Positions 1 through 12,493 of a DNA stretch of 64,000 nt are shown in pieces. The stretch is from Octopus bimaculoides (Eukaryota). The stretch covers positions 25,288,936 to 25,352,935 of the forward strand of contig NC_069003.1 of NCBI RefSeq assembly GCF_001194135.2, written 5' to 3'. The stretch's first letter is position 1. Each line of letters begins with the position of its first letter. The translations under genes and the position numbers were made by a program. Under the pieces are notes generated by a model, which saw only the letters and a list, made by a program, of their open reading frames with translations, was not told the origin of the DNA and did not search any database.

Positions 1-834
1 GATCGATGAAATGGACTAGACGCCTCCCACGAAATTTCAGACCTTATGGCTATGGTAGAAACGACTATCATATTTTACTTCTCAGAGCTCTTGATTTTAC
101 TTGCTCCGGTTAATTCCGTTTATCTTCTTGTTCTGAGTTCAAATTCCGCCGAGGTCGATTTTACCTTTCATCCCTTCGGGGTCGAGAAAATAAGTACCAA
201 TTGATGTTATCGACGTGCCCTTCCCCCGAAATTGCTGGCCTTGTGCCAAAATTTGAAACAAATATTTCTATGAATCATCCTTAAAGTAAATAAAACTATG
301 AGCATTTTTTTTTTTTCCTAACACAGTAGAGTATGATCTGCAGAAGATTTGGTTGCTATTTCTAGCTTTCAGAACGATTACGTATACGATAAAAGAAGAG
401 TGGTGAATAATCCCTTCATTAAAAACAAGTAAAACTGGATAACTAATTGTAAATTAAGCAAAATAATAACTGCTGCATAGACGGAATGTAGCGTTAAATT
501 GCTTAACGATAATCACTGACTTGTAAAAACTGTGATTGCAAACGGAATAACAAATAAAAAGAAGATAATGTATGATTAATAGTCATGAAGTGTGACTATA
601 AGCGGAATTATTGACTCGTATCGGGGTGGGCTGGTGTGCTTATGAATAGGTGTATATATGTCTGGTAATACTAGCATCCCTTGAAAGCTGGGTTCATCAG
701 CAACAATTCTTTCTCGTCTCCCTTCCTCTGGCACTCTTTCTCTCTATCTTCCCACGCATTCCCAAATAATCTCGGTCTTTCACTCGCTCTAACAACACAC
801 ATATTCTTTCACTAATAAAGCATGTATCATATTG

Positions 835-883
<49 letters not shown>

Positions 884-1074
884 CATTTTGTCGCCAATAT
901 TAATAGTGTTGTCTGTTAGTAATTTTTTTAATTGGATACGGAACAACGGCTACTGCGAAGAGGGCACTAACTCTGCACGAAAATACGCGACAAAGAGAAC
1001 GAAAGAAACTTAGTAATAAATGGAGAAAAGCTAGAGAGAGGAAAAAGGATTGTGTAATAAAGGGGTGGAAGAGA

Positions 1075-1430
1075 GATAGGAAAAGAAACACTAATAAAGA
1101 GATAGGAGTGAGGAATAGTAATAAAGAAACGCGAGAGAAATAGAGTAAGAAATAAAACGAAGAGAGCGAGGTCTATAGTTATAAAAGAGGAGAGAGAGAG
1201 AGAAAGAAACAGTAATAAAGGGAGGGAAGAGAGAGAAAGAAACAGTAATGAAGGGAGAGGAAAGAGAGAAAGAAACCGTAATAAAGGGAGGGGAGAGAGA
1301 AAGAAGCAGTAATAAACGAAATTGGGGAGTGAGAGAAAGAAACAGTAATAAACGAAGGTGGGGAGAGAGACAGGAACAATAATAAAGGGAGGAGAGAGAG
1401 AGTAAGAAAGGAAGGTGGGGAGAAAGAGAA
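1075..1430. repeat. Purine-rich minisatellite, roughly 30-bp units (AGAGAGAAAGAAACAGTAATAAAGGGAGG variants)
   Basis: Motif gaaagaaacagtaataaa recurs many times with variable GA spacers; it produces the spurious Leu/Ser/Phe-rich minus-strand ORFs. Confidence 0.85.
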
Positions 1431-3154
1431 GTCAAGTAAATTAACTCAAGCCATGGAAGGTGTAAACTTAATCCCTCCGTTTTATCTAAATTACATCGCA
1501 AACCACTGCTCAGAAAATACTATTTCATGTTGATTCTTTATTAGTTTTTTTTTTTCACCAATAGAGACCCCGGACAAGTAGGAAATAATTTATTTCTAGA
1601 TTTATTTACGTCTTTTTTATGCTTTAATTTCTAACTGAATCTCACCAGTTGTTGACATTGCCTTTTCACTTTATAATCCGTCTCATTGAACACATTTCGC
1701 CAAAACTATAATATTTACCTCGGTTTTATTATTGGGCTTTTATTTTTGGCAAATATCAATTATATGAAGTAAGTTCTTGTTTAATATCATTAACTACTAT
1801 TTTCTTTTCTGATCGTCCATCCGTCTTACTACAGCTTTCTACCGTCCAGCATCAGTTTTATTTCGATTGCTGTTACCTTGAAAGGAGGACATATTTCTTC
1901 CCTATATTTTTTAAATTAACATCAACAACACAATACCAACCTGTCGTGCAGGTGAAAGAAAAAAAAACAATTGAAATTATTGAGAAGATAGCAAACCAGC
2001 AGAAGAAAGTCGTTAATCTTCCTCCTGTTAATTATGTAAATATTCTATTTTTATTTTAACTTATTTCATATTCACCCTTCTACGAAACGTCCAATGCAGA
2101 ATACTTGAAGAAATTTGTAATCGAATTTTGCTGCTCATTTTCTGAAATAGAAATAATTCTAACGATAATTTAATGTTTCTCAAGACAGGAGGAAATTTGA
2201 CACCAAGAACATCCGACAGTTCGTTTGCTTCCGAAATTATTTACTCGTGTTTCGTTTTTGTTTTCTTTTAAATTTTTCTATATCTACTGGACTATCCGAA
2301 ATTAGACATGACTTTTTCCATGGGTGTTTCGTGGTTCCTTCCAAGCTTTCATTGCTTTACTGCTGCTGATAATTTAAAGAAACGCGTCTGGATGTCTTGT
2401 GTACCACCACTGAATGTTTCTTGATTCCAAATGGCCTGACATGGATCGCCCTCTCTTCTGAGTCCTCTCTATTTACTGACGAACATCGAAGCTGCAAGTG
2501 CTACCTATAATCCGTCCATCATTCCGTCACTTAAAAACCTCATTTTGTTGGGGGTTTTGCCACTATCAATTAACCAGCCTTCAATATGGATTTATAATGA
2601 AACAAATCATGTAACGAAACTAATGAGAATCATTTGTAAAATCTAATTAATCGGACCATATTACTTATTTACATTTCTTATTTATTTATTCTCCTTCGTC
2701 TTCAACGAACAACCTTTCCACATACCAAGTTGTAAATGAATAGTCAACTATAATTAGATATTGTAACAAACATACCAGCTACTGCATTGCTGAAGGAAGT
2801 GTTCGTTATATAAATGCTCGCTCGAGCCTGTAAGCTTCAGCTTGTTTCTACTCAACCTCCTATATTACACACCATATTCAGTGTCCCAACCAAGTTTTTA
2901 AAAATCGTCATCGTACTGTTTGCATGAAAGTTATTCTTTTGAATAACTTTTACAGTTCCAAGGCGCTATCTTATATTGACAGTCTAATACACACACTAAC
3001 GAGTTTTTCTAGATAGTGTTGGTATTATCTCTACTGATCAAAATCTGTTATGGTTTAAGTCGGAATATATACAAATATACAAGAAGAAGTGTGTAACATT
3101 GACTTGTGAGAAAGAAACTACGTTGTCCAGTATCATTTGCAGCAGGCTTTTACA

Positions 3155-3285
3155 ATGAAGTTTGCCATGTGGAAGAAATCCTCCATGTGGATTTTATTTG
3201 GAGGAATGGTGATGTTTTTCCTGTCATTAAGCACTTGTTTCGCCTATCTACTGGCCGGTGTCTACCACCGGTGGCAACTCGACAG
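3155..3285 (+). CDS. First coding exon of a type II membrane sulfotransferase-fold protein (cytosolic tail plus signal-anchor)
   Basis: Translates MKFAMWKKSS-MWILFGGMVMFFLSLSTCFAYLLAGVY-HRWQLD: short basic tail, then a hydrophobic helix. Preceded by acceptor tttgcag (3142) and ends ag|GTAAGT at 3286 in phase 2. That phase matches the acceptor at 16411, where ag+g gives Arg and the frame stays open. Intervening exons are not excluded. Confidence 0.8.
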
Positions 3286-4754
3286 GTAAGTTTCCAACTT
3301 GTGTACATTTACTTGTTTTCGGCTTCTTTGTGACTACCAGAACCTCAGTATGTTTTCTAATATATATATATATATATAAAGAATGGTGGCAGCTGATGAA
3401 GGAAACGTTCTCTATGTGGCCTGTGTGTTTTCTGTACTCTGTTTATCATTTTGTCCACGTTTTGTTTTGCATTGTCCTGTACCCAGATATGCATCTATAT
3501 ATACAGGTAGATGTAAGTATGTATATATGCATATACTCATTTATTATTTATATATATGTATATATATATATATATGGCATAGCTGATTCAAGGACTTTGA
3601 ATTTTTTATGTTTTTCTCCTCCAATTAACAACTCAACACTAACATACTTTGCATTCAGTTTAATATGCAATCTTTCCTGTATAGGAAAACCTGCTGACAT
3701 TCGTAAGTTTTTAATATATAGTCCTTTACTAAGGCGACGAGCTTACAGAATATGCTTAGTGGCATTTCGTCCGTCTTAAATTTCTGAGTTCAAATTCCGC
3801 ATTTTTTGCCTTTCATCCTTTCGGGGTCGATAAAATAAGTACCTGTTGTACACTGGAGTCGATGTAGTCGTCTTATCCCTTCCCAAAATCTCCTGCCTTA
3901 TGCCAAAATTTGAAACCTATATATAGTCATTTACCGTTACAGAACACGAGCAAACTTAAAAGGTGGCACAGAGATTTCATACCGTTAAAATATATATATA
4001 TTAATTTTTCTGGTTTTAATTGCTGGACTATGGCCCTGCTCGGTCATACTACCATCGAGGTTTCCCTCCCAGTTGACCCTAGCTCTCTCGGATCGACCTC
4101 GAAAAACCAAATTGACCTCGTCGTGAAGGGAGATAACCATTTTGCTTGATCTTATCTGACCCGGGACGAAACGATGTAAAAAGACAAATACATTCCAAGA
4201 TAGATATGGGCAAAATGCTGAAATGCACACGCACACACATGCTGTTTTGCCTCAGATCAATCTTTATGTATAGACAGTCCACCCGTAACTAACCTGTTGT
4301 TTCAATGGAACATTAGATAAGCTTCAACTGTCGGCTACCTTACCCAATGTCTCATTTTTTTTTTTTGACGGTGCTAGGCTATTTCTAATTGACCGAACGA
4401 TCTCGACGCACACACATCGACTGACTTCAGCTCTACATAATTCTTCACCATTTTTAACCATCGTCGTAAGTTTAGGACTTTTAGAGGTTATGTTTTATGG
4501 TATGATGCATTTCCTATCGCCAACTCTTTGCAAGTCGCTCTTTACAATGCAGTCTATGCAATTAGTTGACTTATTGCTTAAAGAGATAGTCATAGCTTGA
4601 ATGCCTTAATGCTAAACAATCAAATGGTCAAAGCAAGTCTTAGAGCTGTCACTTGTCCCGAATATATTGCAGAGTGACATGATTTTTGTCCTTGGGTAGC
4701 AACTGTTATGTGCTTCAGTTGACAAGAATTATAATTAAAACGAAAGATAGCCCT

Positions 4755-5167
4755 TATTTGCTTACCCTTAGAAAGTGTGAAAAACGGCTTCAAACTTTGC
4801 TTTTGTTACATTTATTCAAACCCCCAAACAATCCTCTCAGCACATGGCTATGATGCTCCCCCACTACTCCTGTTCATGATCAGAGATGCACATATTGTCG
4901 GCCACTAAGGGACCTGCTCTAGTGGTTATGGTCAAGTAACTAACAAGCAAATCTGTGGTATTGAGCAGAATATTTGCTATAACAAGATTTCTGCTTCAGC
5001 AACTCAGCACTGAATCTGTCTGAAATGTAATGGAAAATAGGTCAGTTTTAAAATATTGATGTCCAGGTGACAAAAGCAAAGTTTGAAGGGAATAGTAGTC
5101 ATTTCCTTTAATTTCTAGACAGAAGTAAATAGGAATTTTACACTTACTAACCAAAGACAAAAAAAGA
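4755..5167. mobile_element. About 410-bp dispersed repeat with internal 22-bp inverted repeats; second copy at 58399-58830
   Basis: Colinear similarity between the two copies over their full length; cttcaaactttgcttttgttac (4788) is inverted at 5067-5088. Confidence 0.75.
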
Positions 5168-5858
5168 TTTAATTTTCTTTTGATGTTATTTAACTGTTGA
5201 ATTCCTATGTTTCGAGTCATATCGAAGGAATGCCTGAATGAATCTGTTTGCATAATTAAGTAGTGGCTATATTCATTTCCCCCCCATTTTAAGAGATTAG
5301 TTTAAATACTTTAACACAAGGATTTTAATACAATGCATTTATTGTCCGTGCCAGTATAAGAATTACTCAGTCTAATAAACCAAGCATCTAACATTAGTTT
5401 TTAACCTGTTTGGAAATGGATCCACCTCAGCCAACCTGAGAACTTTTATCAGCTTGAAAGAGTGGTGCAGATTCCCTATATATAATTGTCTAGTTTGCTT
5501 TATAGAGTATAGCTGTTCTGAAACTTAGTTGCTGTTCAAATTAACAAACGATCATTAGTATAACATTATTCAATGTCTTCCTTTTCTTAAACTATTTCAA
5601 GTCTTTGAAGGAAACTTGGTTGCTATTTCTGATTGTTCCAGCTACTATGTAGGTTGAATAATGGTAGTTTCTAAGTGCACTAGATTTTGTTTTCATGTTC
5701 CACAAAAAGCTAGTTCAATTGGTAGATGGTAGAGTCCATATGGCTATAAGCCACACTGAGGTACTAAAAGACCCAGACACCATTCTACAATTACATCTCT
5801 TCATGAGTAAATGGGGGTGCTTCTACCAGCTTAGAAAAAAAATAATGGAGCTCCTTAA

Positions 5859-6077
5859 CTCTTTAGCATTTCTACTGGCTATATCCAACCCAAATATTCT
5901 TCCTGTTTTATATCCAAATTAGCCAGATCTGGCTTCTTATACCTATCCTAGAATGCCATTCCTAAACTAAAGAGATCTCATCATTGAAATCTCAAAGCTA
6001 CAAAAGAACACATGTAATTCAAAATAATGTAGATATATAAGCATTCTATTTGATAGGGTCATCTGACTGCTAAAGGG
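5859..6077. mobile_element. piggyBac-like MITE (TTAA TSD, CCCTTTAGCA-type TIR); related copies near 8408, 16150, 36436-36615, 40874-41091, 56492-57126, 61770-61973
   Basis: TTAA-ctctttagca...tgctaaaggg-TTAA, with internal sequence shared among copies. Confidence 0.8.
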
Positions 6078-6228
6078 TTAAATAAACCTATATAAATTCT
6101 AAGGAGAAGGTTATTGTAGCTAGAAAACCTCTGATCATAGATCTGATCAGTAGTTAAACAAATTTGAGCCAATTTAGAGTCAAACCTCCTTCAAACTACA
6201 TCAGCTGCAACAAGATGAATTTAAGCAT

Positions 6229-6760
6229 GTCACACCGAGGATAATAGAAGTCTCCAGAATATAACATCTGATACGGTCTTTTGTTCAGCGTAGAAGTAAA
6301 CAGGAAAGTCTTGGTTAGAGATGGGTGAAATGTGTCCAAAAATCTCCTCTTTGGTCTTGGGTTGATGCCATGAAATGTTTTGAACCTTCATGAGAGGCTT
6401 TGTGTATGTACCATCAAGGCAATCTTGAAACTCCTTCTTCATGGTCTGGGTGTTGACTTTCTAGAGAAGGTGGCTCTCTACTGTCATTAGGAGGGCCAGC
6501 TTTGTTGACTTTGAGTTACTTGATTGCCAGATGTTTTGAAGCTTGTTACAGGCACCCTAGGCTTGTCTCTTGCATGTCAGAAAGTCTTTCTTTCTGTCTC
6601 TTGCATTGAGACCTGAGGTACTTAAAGTTACTTATCTCCTTGAATTGTGTGCTGTTAGAACAATTTTGCAGCTGGCTTTCATCTTTACTGTTGGTCGTGT
6701 ATTCCATATTCTTTGCATTGAGAGACAGACCAACTTTGACTGCAGCATTCTCAAGGGATA
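6229..6760 (-). mobile_element. Decayed RTE-like LINE, C-terminal part of the reverse-transcriptase ORF
   Basis: Minus-strand peptides ENAAVKVGLSLNAK...NFKYL and LDGTYTKPLMKVQNISWHQ...EEIFGHISPIS resemble the RTE-type post-RT region; contains stops and frameshifts. Confidence 0.7.
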
Positions 6761-8104
6761 TTAACTAGTTTTGTGCATCACACAGTTGATGAAATATGAA
6801 GGGAAATATTATCAAGATAGACAAGGACATTGAGATACTGGATCTGCTAGCATCTTGATCTCTTCTGCTTATAATGGTGAGAGCTTTGGCTTATATGGGG
6901 GTCAGAACTTTGCCTGAGGATGTAGTCCTCAATTGTCACAAAGAGAAAAAGTAGCTGGGATGTCTCCTTGGAGGATACTGGCAGTCACAAATTCTCTAAG
7001 TTGGATCATCATCATCATCATCATCCATTTTCCATGCTAGCATGGTTCAGATGGTTTGATCAGAGTTGGTAAGCAAGAGAGCTGCACCAGGTTCCGGTCT
7101 GATTTGGCTTGATTTCTATGGCTGGATGCCAACCACTTTGCAGAGTGTGTTGGGTGCTTTTTTTTATGTGACACTCTCACTTATGCTTACCATATTTTAC
7201 TGTTCTAAGAGGTGAAGGCATCATTGGAGAATGTAATTGATGTTTTCACCAAAGATTCTTTCCTATGTGCTTCCAAACATTTTCTATTGACTGATATCAA
7301 ATTAACTCCCTTACTTACTTTTTAAATCTTCAGCACCCTCTACAGGGAGACTTCATCGACTAATTGCATGAATAACATGTAATAACCTGCAAAACTCTGA
7401 CAACCAACAGCATCGACAAACTAACAAGAAATCTTCTTCATGGTCTCTCCAATAAGCTCCCTTTCCGGCACCACACAAAAAGCATTCTTGCTGGTTCCAC
7501 ACAAATGCACCCATGCAGGTGCCACATGCAAAATTCCCCAATGCACTTTGTAAAGTGTTTGGCTTTAAGAAGGGCATCCTACTGTAGAACTCATGCCAAA
7601 ACAGAATTGAAGCCTGGGCAGCTCTCTAATGGGTCAGCTCCTGTCAAACTGTCCAACCTATGCCAGCATAGAAAACAGACACTAAATGATGATGATTACA
7701 GCAAAGGAAACATGAGCAAACACTTGATCAATGACAGTCCAGTCATGACCCTCTGGAAGTCATTAACTAACAGCGTCAATCTCACTGATCTCAGCTCAGT
7801 CTTTCTAGGATTGCAAAGGCCATGGTTACTACTCTCTTTGTTTGTCCAAACCTCTAGGTTTGGAGGAAGATACTCGTGGCAATGAATTTATAGACAAATC
7901 CATAATTGATTGATATTCTGTAATTTTTCTCCACTTTGACTGATTTGGTGGAAATCTTCACCACCACTACAGCTGTGCAGTATTTATTCCTGTCGGTTCT
8001 AGATCCTTTTATATCAGTGTTTCTCAGTAATTTTTTTTTTACCTGTGGACCCCTTTGATTCCTGTTTTATTCAGATGGACCCTCCTAGCCATTTGATGTT
8101 TTAA

Positions 8105-8379
8105 GCCGATGGACTGGCTCCTGTGCAGATGGCACGTAAAATACACCATTTCGAGCGTGGCCATCACCAGTACCGTCTGACTGGCCCTCGTGCCGGTGGC
8201 ACATAAAAGCACCCACTACACTCTCGGAGTGGTTGGCATTAGGAAGGGCATCCAGCTGTAGAAACTCTGCCAAATCAGATTGGAGCCTGGTGTAGCCATC
8301 TGGTCCACCAGTCCTCAGTCAAATCGTCCAACCCATGCTAGGATGGAAAGCGGACGTTAAACGATGATGATGATGATGA
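8105..8379 (+). mobile_element. SINE family B (central GAGTGGTTGGCGTTAGGAAGGGCATCCAGCTG, V-domain-like; tail CATGGAAAGCGGACGTTAAACGATGATG)
   Basis: Near-identical copies at 13305-13463(-), 13681-13969(+), 34219-34510(-), 50745-51086(+), 63310-63525(+), plus many degenerate ones; (GAT)n tail. Confidence 0.85.
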
Positions 8380-9006
8380 TAGTATTAGAAACTGTATAAA
8401 AAGAATTTACCCTTTAGCATTCAGACTACTTTTTCAAATATAATGCTTATTCAATTTTTTTTTTTTTATTAATTATGTATTATCTTGTACCTTAGAGATT
8501 TTGAAGATGTAATTGTTTATTTTTAGAATGACATTGTAGGGTAGGTATGAGATGCTGGATATGGCGAGTTTGAGCATAAAAGAGATAGACTATTTGGGCC
8601 AGATATGGTTAGTTTACGATATTTTGTGTATTGTAGAAGTATAACCAATTTATTGCACAAATTTTGCCACCAAAATCTTATGTGTACCTCCAAGGATCAT
8701 ATGGATCCTAGTTATGAACTACTGCTCTAAGTGGATGCAGCGCTTCTGAATGGATGGAAGAGAAGCCAAAAGTTTTGTGCAATGGTTAATACATCCATCA
8801 TGGGTACAGAAAATGCAGGTTGACATCCTTTGGATAGCCATTGACCTTTTCACCATTCAAGGGGTTTTTAACCTAAAATACTACTTATTATTTCTAGCTG
8901 TATCCACTTCAAAACTAACTCTTAAAAATGATTAATTTCACATTTTCTCAGAGCTTCTACATTTTACATGCAGACAGACTGTCTTTACATGCAATATTAT
9001 GCAAAA

Positions 9007-9243
9007 CTGTTGTGTCTGGGGTGAGTCATTTTTTTTATTGTGCCTTAAAAATTAACACACTCACCGTTACAACTTCCACTTATTTTTATTTTCCTAAAAT
9101 TTTCGTTGCGTCTTGCAACCTTTTCGATAGTCTTGACACAACGAAAATTTTAGGAAAATAAAAATAATAAGTGGAAATTTTAACGGTGAGTGTGTTAATT
9201 TTTAAGGCACAATAAAAAAAATGACTCTCCCCAGACACAACAG
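9007..9243. mobile_element. Long palindrome / fold-back MITE (arms 9007-9112 and 9135-9243, 22-nt spacer)
   Basis: The arms are reverse complements with few mismatches; the ORF track shows near-identical peptides on both strands. Confidence 0.85.
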
Positions 9244-11637
9244 AATATGCTTCAACACACGAAATCACATAAAAAATCTTGCAAACCAAATCCAAAAACG
9301 AAATATTATACAAAACACTATTTGTTAAATGCACCGGTCTTGTGGGGCTAGACAGACCTGTTGNNNNNNNNNNNNNNNNNNNNNNNNNNNNNNNNNNNNN
9401 NNNNNNNNNNNNNNNNNNNNNNNNNNNNNNNNNNNNNNNNNNNNNNNNNNNNNNNNNNNNNNNNNNNNNNNNNNNNNNNNNNNNNNNNNNNNNNNNNNNN
9501 NNNNNNNNNNNNNNNNNNNNNNNNNNNNNNNNNNNNNNNNNNNNNNNNNNNNNNNNNNNNNNNNNNNNNNNNNNNNNNNNNNNNNNNNNNNNNNNNNNNN
9601 NNNNNNNNNNNNNNNNNNNNNNNNNNNNNNNNNNNNNNNNNNNNNNNNNNNNNNNNNNNNNNNNNNNNNNNNNNNNNNNNNNNNNNNNNNNNNNNNNNNN
9701 NNNNNNNNNNNNNNNNNNNNNNNNNNNNNNNNNNNNNNNNNNNNNNNNNNNNNNNNNNNNNNNNNNNNNNNNNNNNNNNNNNNNNNNNNNNNNNNNNNNN
9801 NNNNNNNNNNNNNNNNNNNNNNNNNNNNNNNNNNNNNNNNNNNNNNNNNNNNNNNNNNNNNNNNNNNNNNNNNNNNNNNNNNNNNNNNNNNNNNNNNNNN
9901 NNNNNNNNNNNNNNNNNNNNNNNNNNNNNNTTTTTTTTTTTTTTTTTTTTTTTTCGTCTCCTCAACCCCATCTTACTAGTGATGTTGCTGTCGGTAACTA
10001 TATAGTACGGTAGCGATGTTGATGGTGTTATTGTTGTTGTAGTAGTGTTGCTGTCAGTAATATAGTGGTGGTGGTGGTGGTGTCAGCCGAGACAGGGATA
10101 CATTCCTCTATAATCAGTTCTATTTGGCAGAGGAGAGAGAGAGCTAAAAATGACATGCAGTGTCTGAAATGTTTGACACTAGCTCTATAATAGATGTCAA
10201 CACTGAATAGCTACCGGGGTGGTTTAGGGAGCTACGTAGAGCTGTGGTGGTGGTGGCGGCGATGTAGTGAAGCTATCAGCTTCCACTCCGACTTCCCTAC
10301 CCCCGCTTCACTCTCTTTTTCAGTTTTTTTTTTGTCTTTTCGTCTTGTTTTTTTTTAAGTATTGCTGATAAACTTCCCGAGGGTGGAAGTGAGAGAGTGC
10401 TCTGTGTGAGAGTGTCAGTGCCAAAAACTTTTATTGTAGACATGCTACTTGCCAACCCTTCTCCCAACGTTTTTTTTTTTTTTGACGGGGGGAGGGGGGT
10501 TGCAATTTTTTTTTAAATTTTTTTGTGTACTCACCGCCTCCATCAACCTCCTTTATGTCATCGTGTCACTACCACTACCACGACTACTAAACTACTGCGG
10601 TTTACGTCTGTCTTGCTTTCTCTCTCTCTCTCACTGCCTGCCATACTAAGCCTTGTTTGACAGGTCCTCGGTAAACAACCACATTCACATCTGGCATTCG
10701 CGAACCCCCCTCCCCCTCTTTCACCTCACTCTCGTAAATACACACTTAACTGTTGAAAAAATATTAATGTGGGTTATATAGGTTTACGTAAGCATGCAAC
10801 TATAAGAGATTTTAAAACTACACGTTTACACATTCTTTCTCTTTTTCTCTATCGCACCTGTACACACACACACACACACACACACACTCTCTCTCTTTCT
10901 CCCTCTCTCTCTCTCTCTCTCCCCCCCTCTCTCACACACACACACACAAATGCCCCTTAAACACAATAGTATTGTCTCTCCTAAATCCTTGTAATCTACC
11001 CTCTTATTTTTATCATTTACTTGTTTCAATCATTAGACTGCGGCCATGTTGGGGCGCCGCCTTGAAGAATTTTTAATCGAATGAATCGACCCCATTCCTT
11101 TTCTTTTTTTTTTTTTTAGCCTGATACTTATTCTATTGGTCTCTTTGCCCAACTGCTAAGTTACGGATACGTAAACACAAACAAGTTGTGGTGAGGGACA
11201 AACTCACACACACACGGCAGGCTTCTCTCAGTTTCCGTCTACCAGAACCGCTCACAAGGCTTTGGTTGGCCCGAGGTTACAGTAAAAGACACTTACCTAA
11301 GGTGCCATGCACAGGGACTGAACCCGGACTGTGTGGTTGCGAAGCAATCTTCTGACCACACAGCCACGCCTACGCCTCGGGCCGACAAAAGCCTTGTGTG
11401 TGGATTTGGTTGACGGAAACTGAAAGAAGCCCATCATTTTATGTGTGTATGTGTGTACATATATCTGTGTCTTTGTCCCTCATCACTGTTTGACAACCAG
11501 TGTTGGTGTGTTTGCATCCCTGTATCAGCAGTTCGGCAAAAGAGACAAATAGAAATAAGTACTGAGGTTAATTCTTCGATGTGGTGCCCCAGCATGGCTG
11601 CAATGTAATGACTGAAACTAGTAAAAGCTAAAAGATT

Positions 11638-11668
<31 letters not shown>

Positions 11669-12097
11669 CAGTCTTGCTACATCTACACCCAACACCAAAT
11701 CTCTATCATATTTACCTCCCACCCAAAACCACTCTGCTGTATCTACTTTCCACTCACATCCATACACACATCCTACACAGTGTCTCTGTTACCTGTCAGC
11801 TTGTAGATGGAGAAGGAATTCCATCTGCATCTCGTACCATCTCCCAGCCTCAGCTGTAAATGAAATTGCCATCCTTCAGTACAACCACATTTTCTACTTT
11901 GGATGTTTTGTAAAACAAATCTTACACAAGTGAAATATGTTGAAAGGTAATACCAAAGTAAGATGCTATGAGCACATGAAAACAAACTTATTTTTTAGAG
12001 ATAGGTTGGGTGACATTCGAGGAAAGTTTGACTGCTATTTCTAACCACTTTGAATACCAGCATCGTTTTAAGACATTGTACTCTTTTATGTGTATAG

Positions 12098-12301
12098 CTC
12101 TTTTACTTGTTTCAGTCATTTGACTGCGACCATGCTGGAGCACTGCCTTTAGTCGAATCAAATCGACCCCAGGACTTATTTTTTGGAAGCCTAGTATTTA
12201 TTCTATCGGTCTCTTTTACCGAACCGCTAAGTTACGGGGACGTAAACACCAGCATCGGTTGTCAAGCGATATTGGGGGGACAAATACAGACACACACACA
12301 C

Positions 12302-12335
<34 letters not shown>

Positions 12336-12493
12336 GATGGGGCTTCTTTCAGTTTCCGTCTACCAAATCCACTCACAAGGCTTTGATTGGCCCGAGGCTA
12401 TAGTAGAAGACACTTGCCAAACGGGCCACGCAGTGGGACTGAACCCAGAACCATGTGGTTGGTAAGCAAGCTACTTACCACACAGCCACTCCC
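12098..12493 (-). mobile_element. SINE family A (tRNA-derived head, CCTTGGGCAAGTG central block, internal CA/TA microsatellite, (AGTAAAAG)n tail)
   Basis: Minus strand begins GGAGTGGCTGTGTGG (A box)...GGTTCAGTCCC (B box). Other copies at 11021-11377, 18135-18525, 20946-21337, 30581-30935, 33905-34207, 45350-45700, 46381-46773, 59987-60387 and many fragments. Confidence 0.9.

Noticed and set aside
1075-1430. Repeat-spacer pattern resembling a CRISPR array
   Set aside because: Eukaryotic context, purine-only variable spacers and no cas genes; it is a minisatellite.
2290-2600. GC-richer stretch with a partly open minus frame (WNQETFSGGTQDIQTRFFKL)
   Set aside because: Multiple stops and no family recognised; probably a decayed transposon.
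3390-3413. CTGATGA-ag-GAAACGTTC hammerhead-like string
   Set aside because: Stem II is absent and stem I does not pair; at most a deletion derivative.
7319-7386. In-frame TGA in LLHVIHAISR*SLPVEGAEDLK as possible selenocysteine
   Set aside because: No resemblance to any selenoprotein motif I know, no supporting coding exons, and no SECIS identified.
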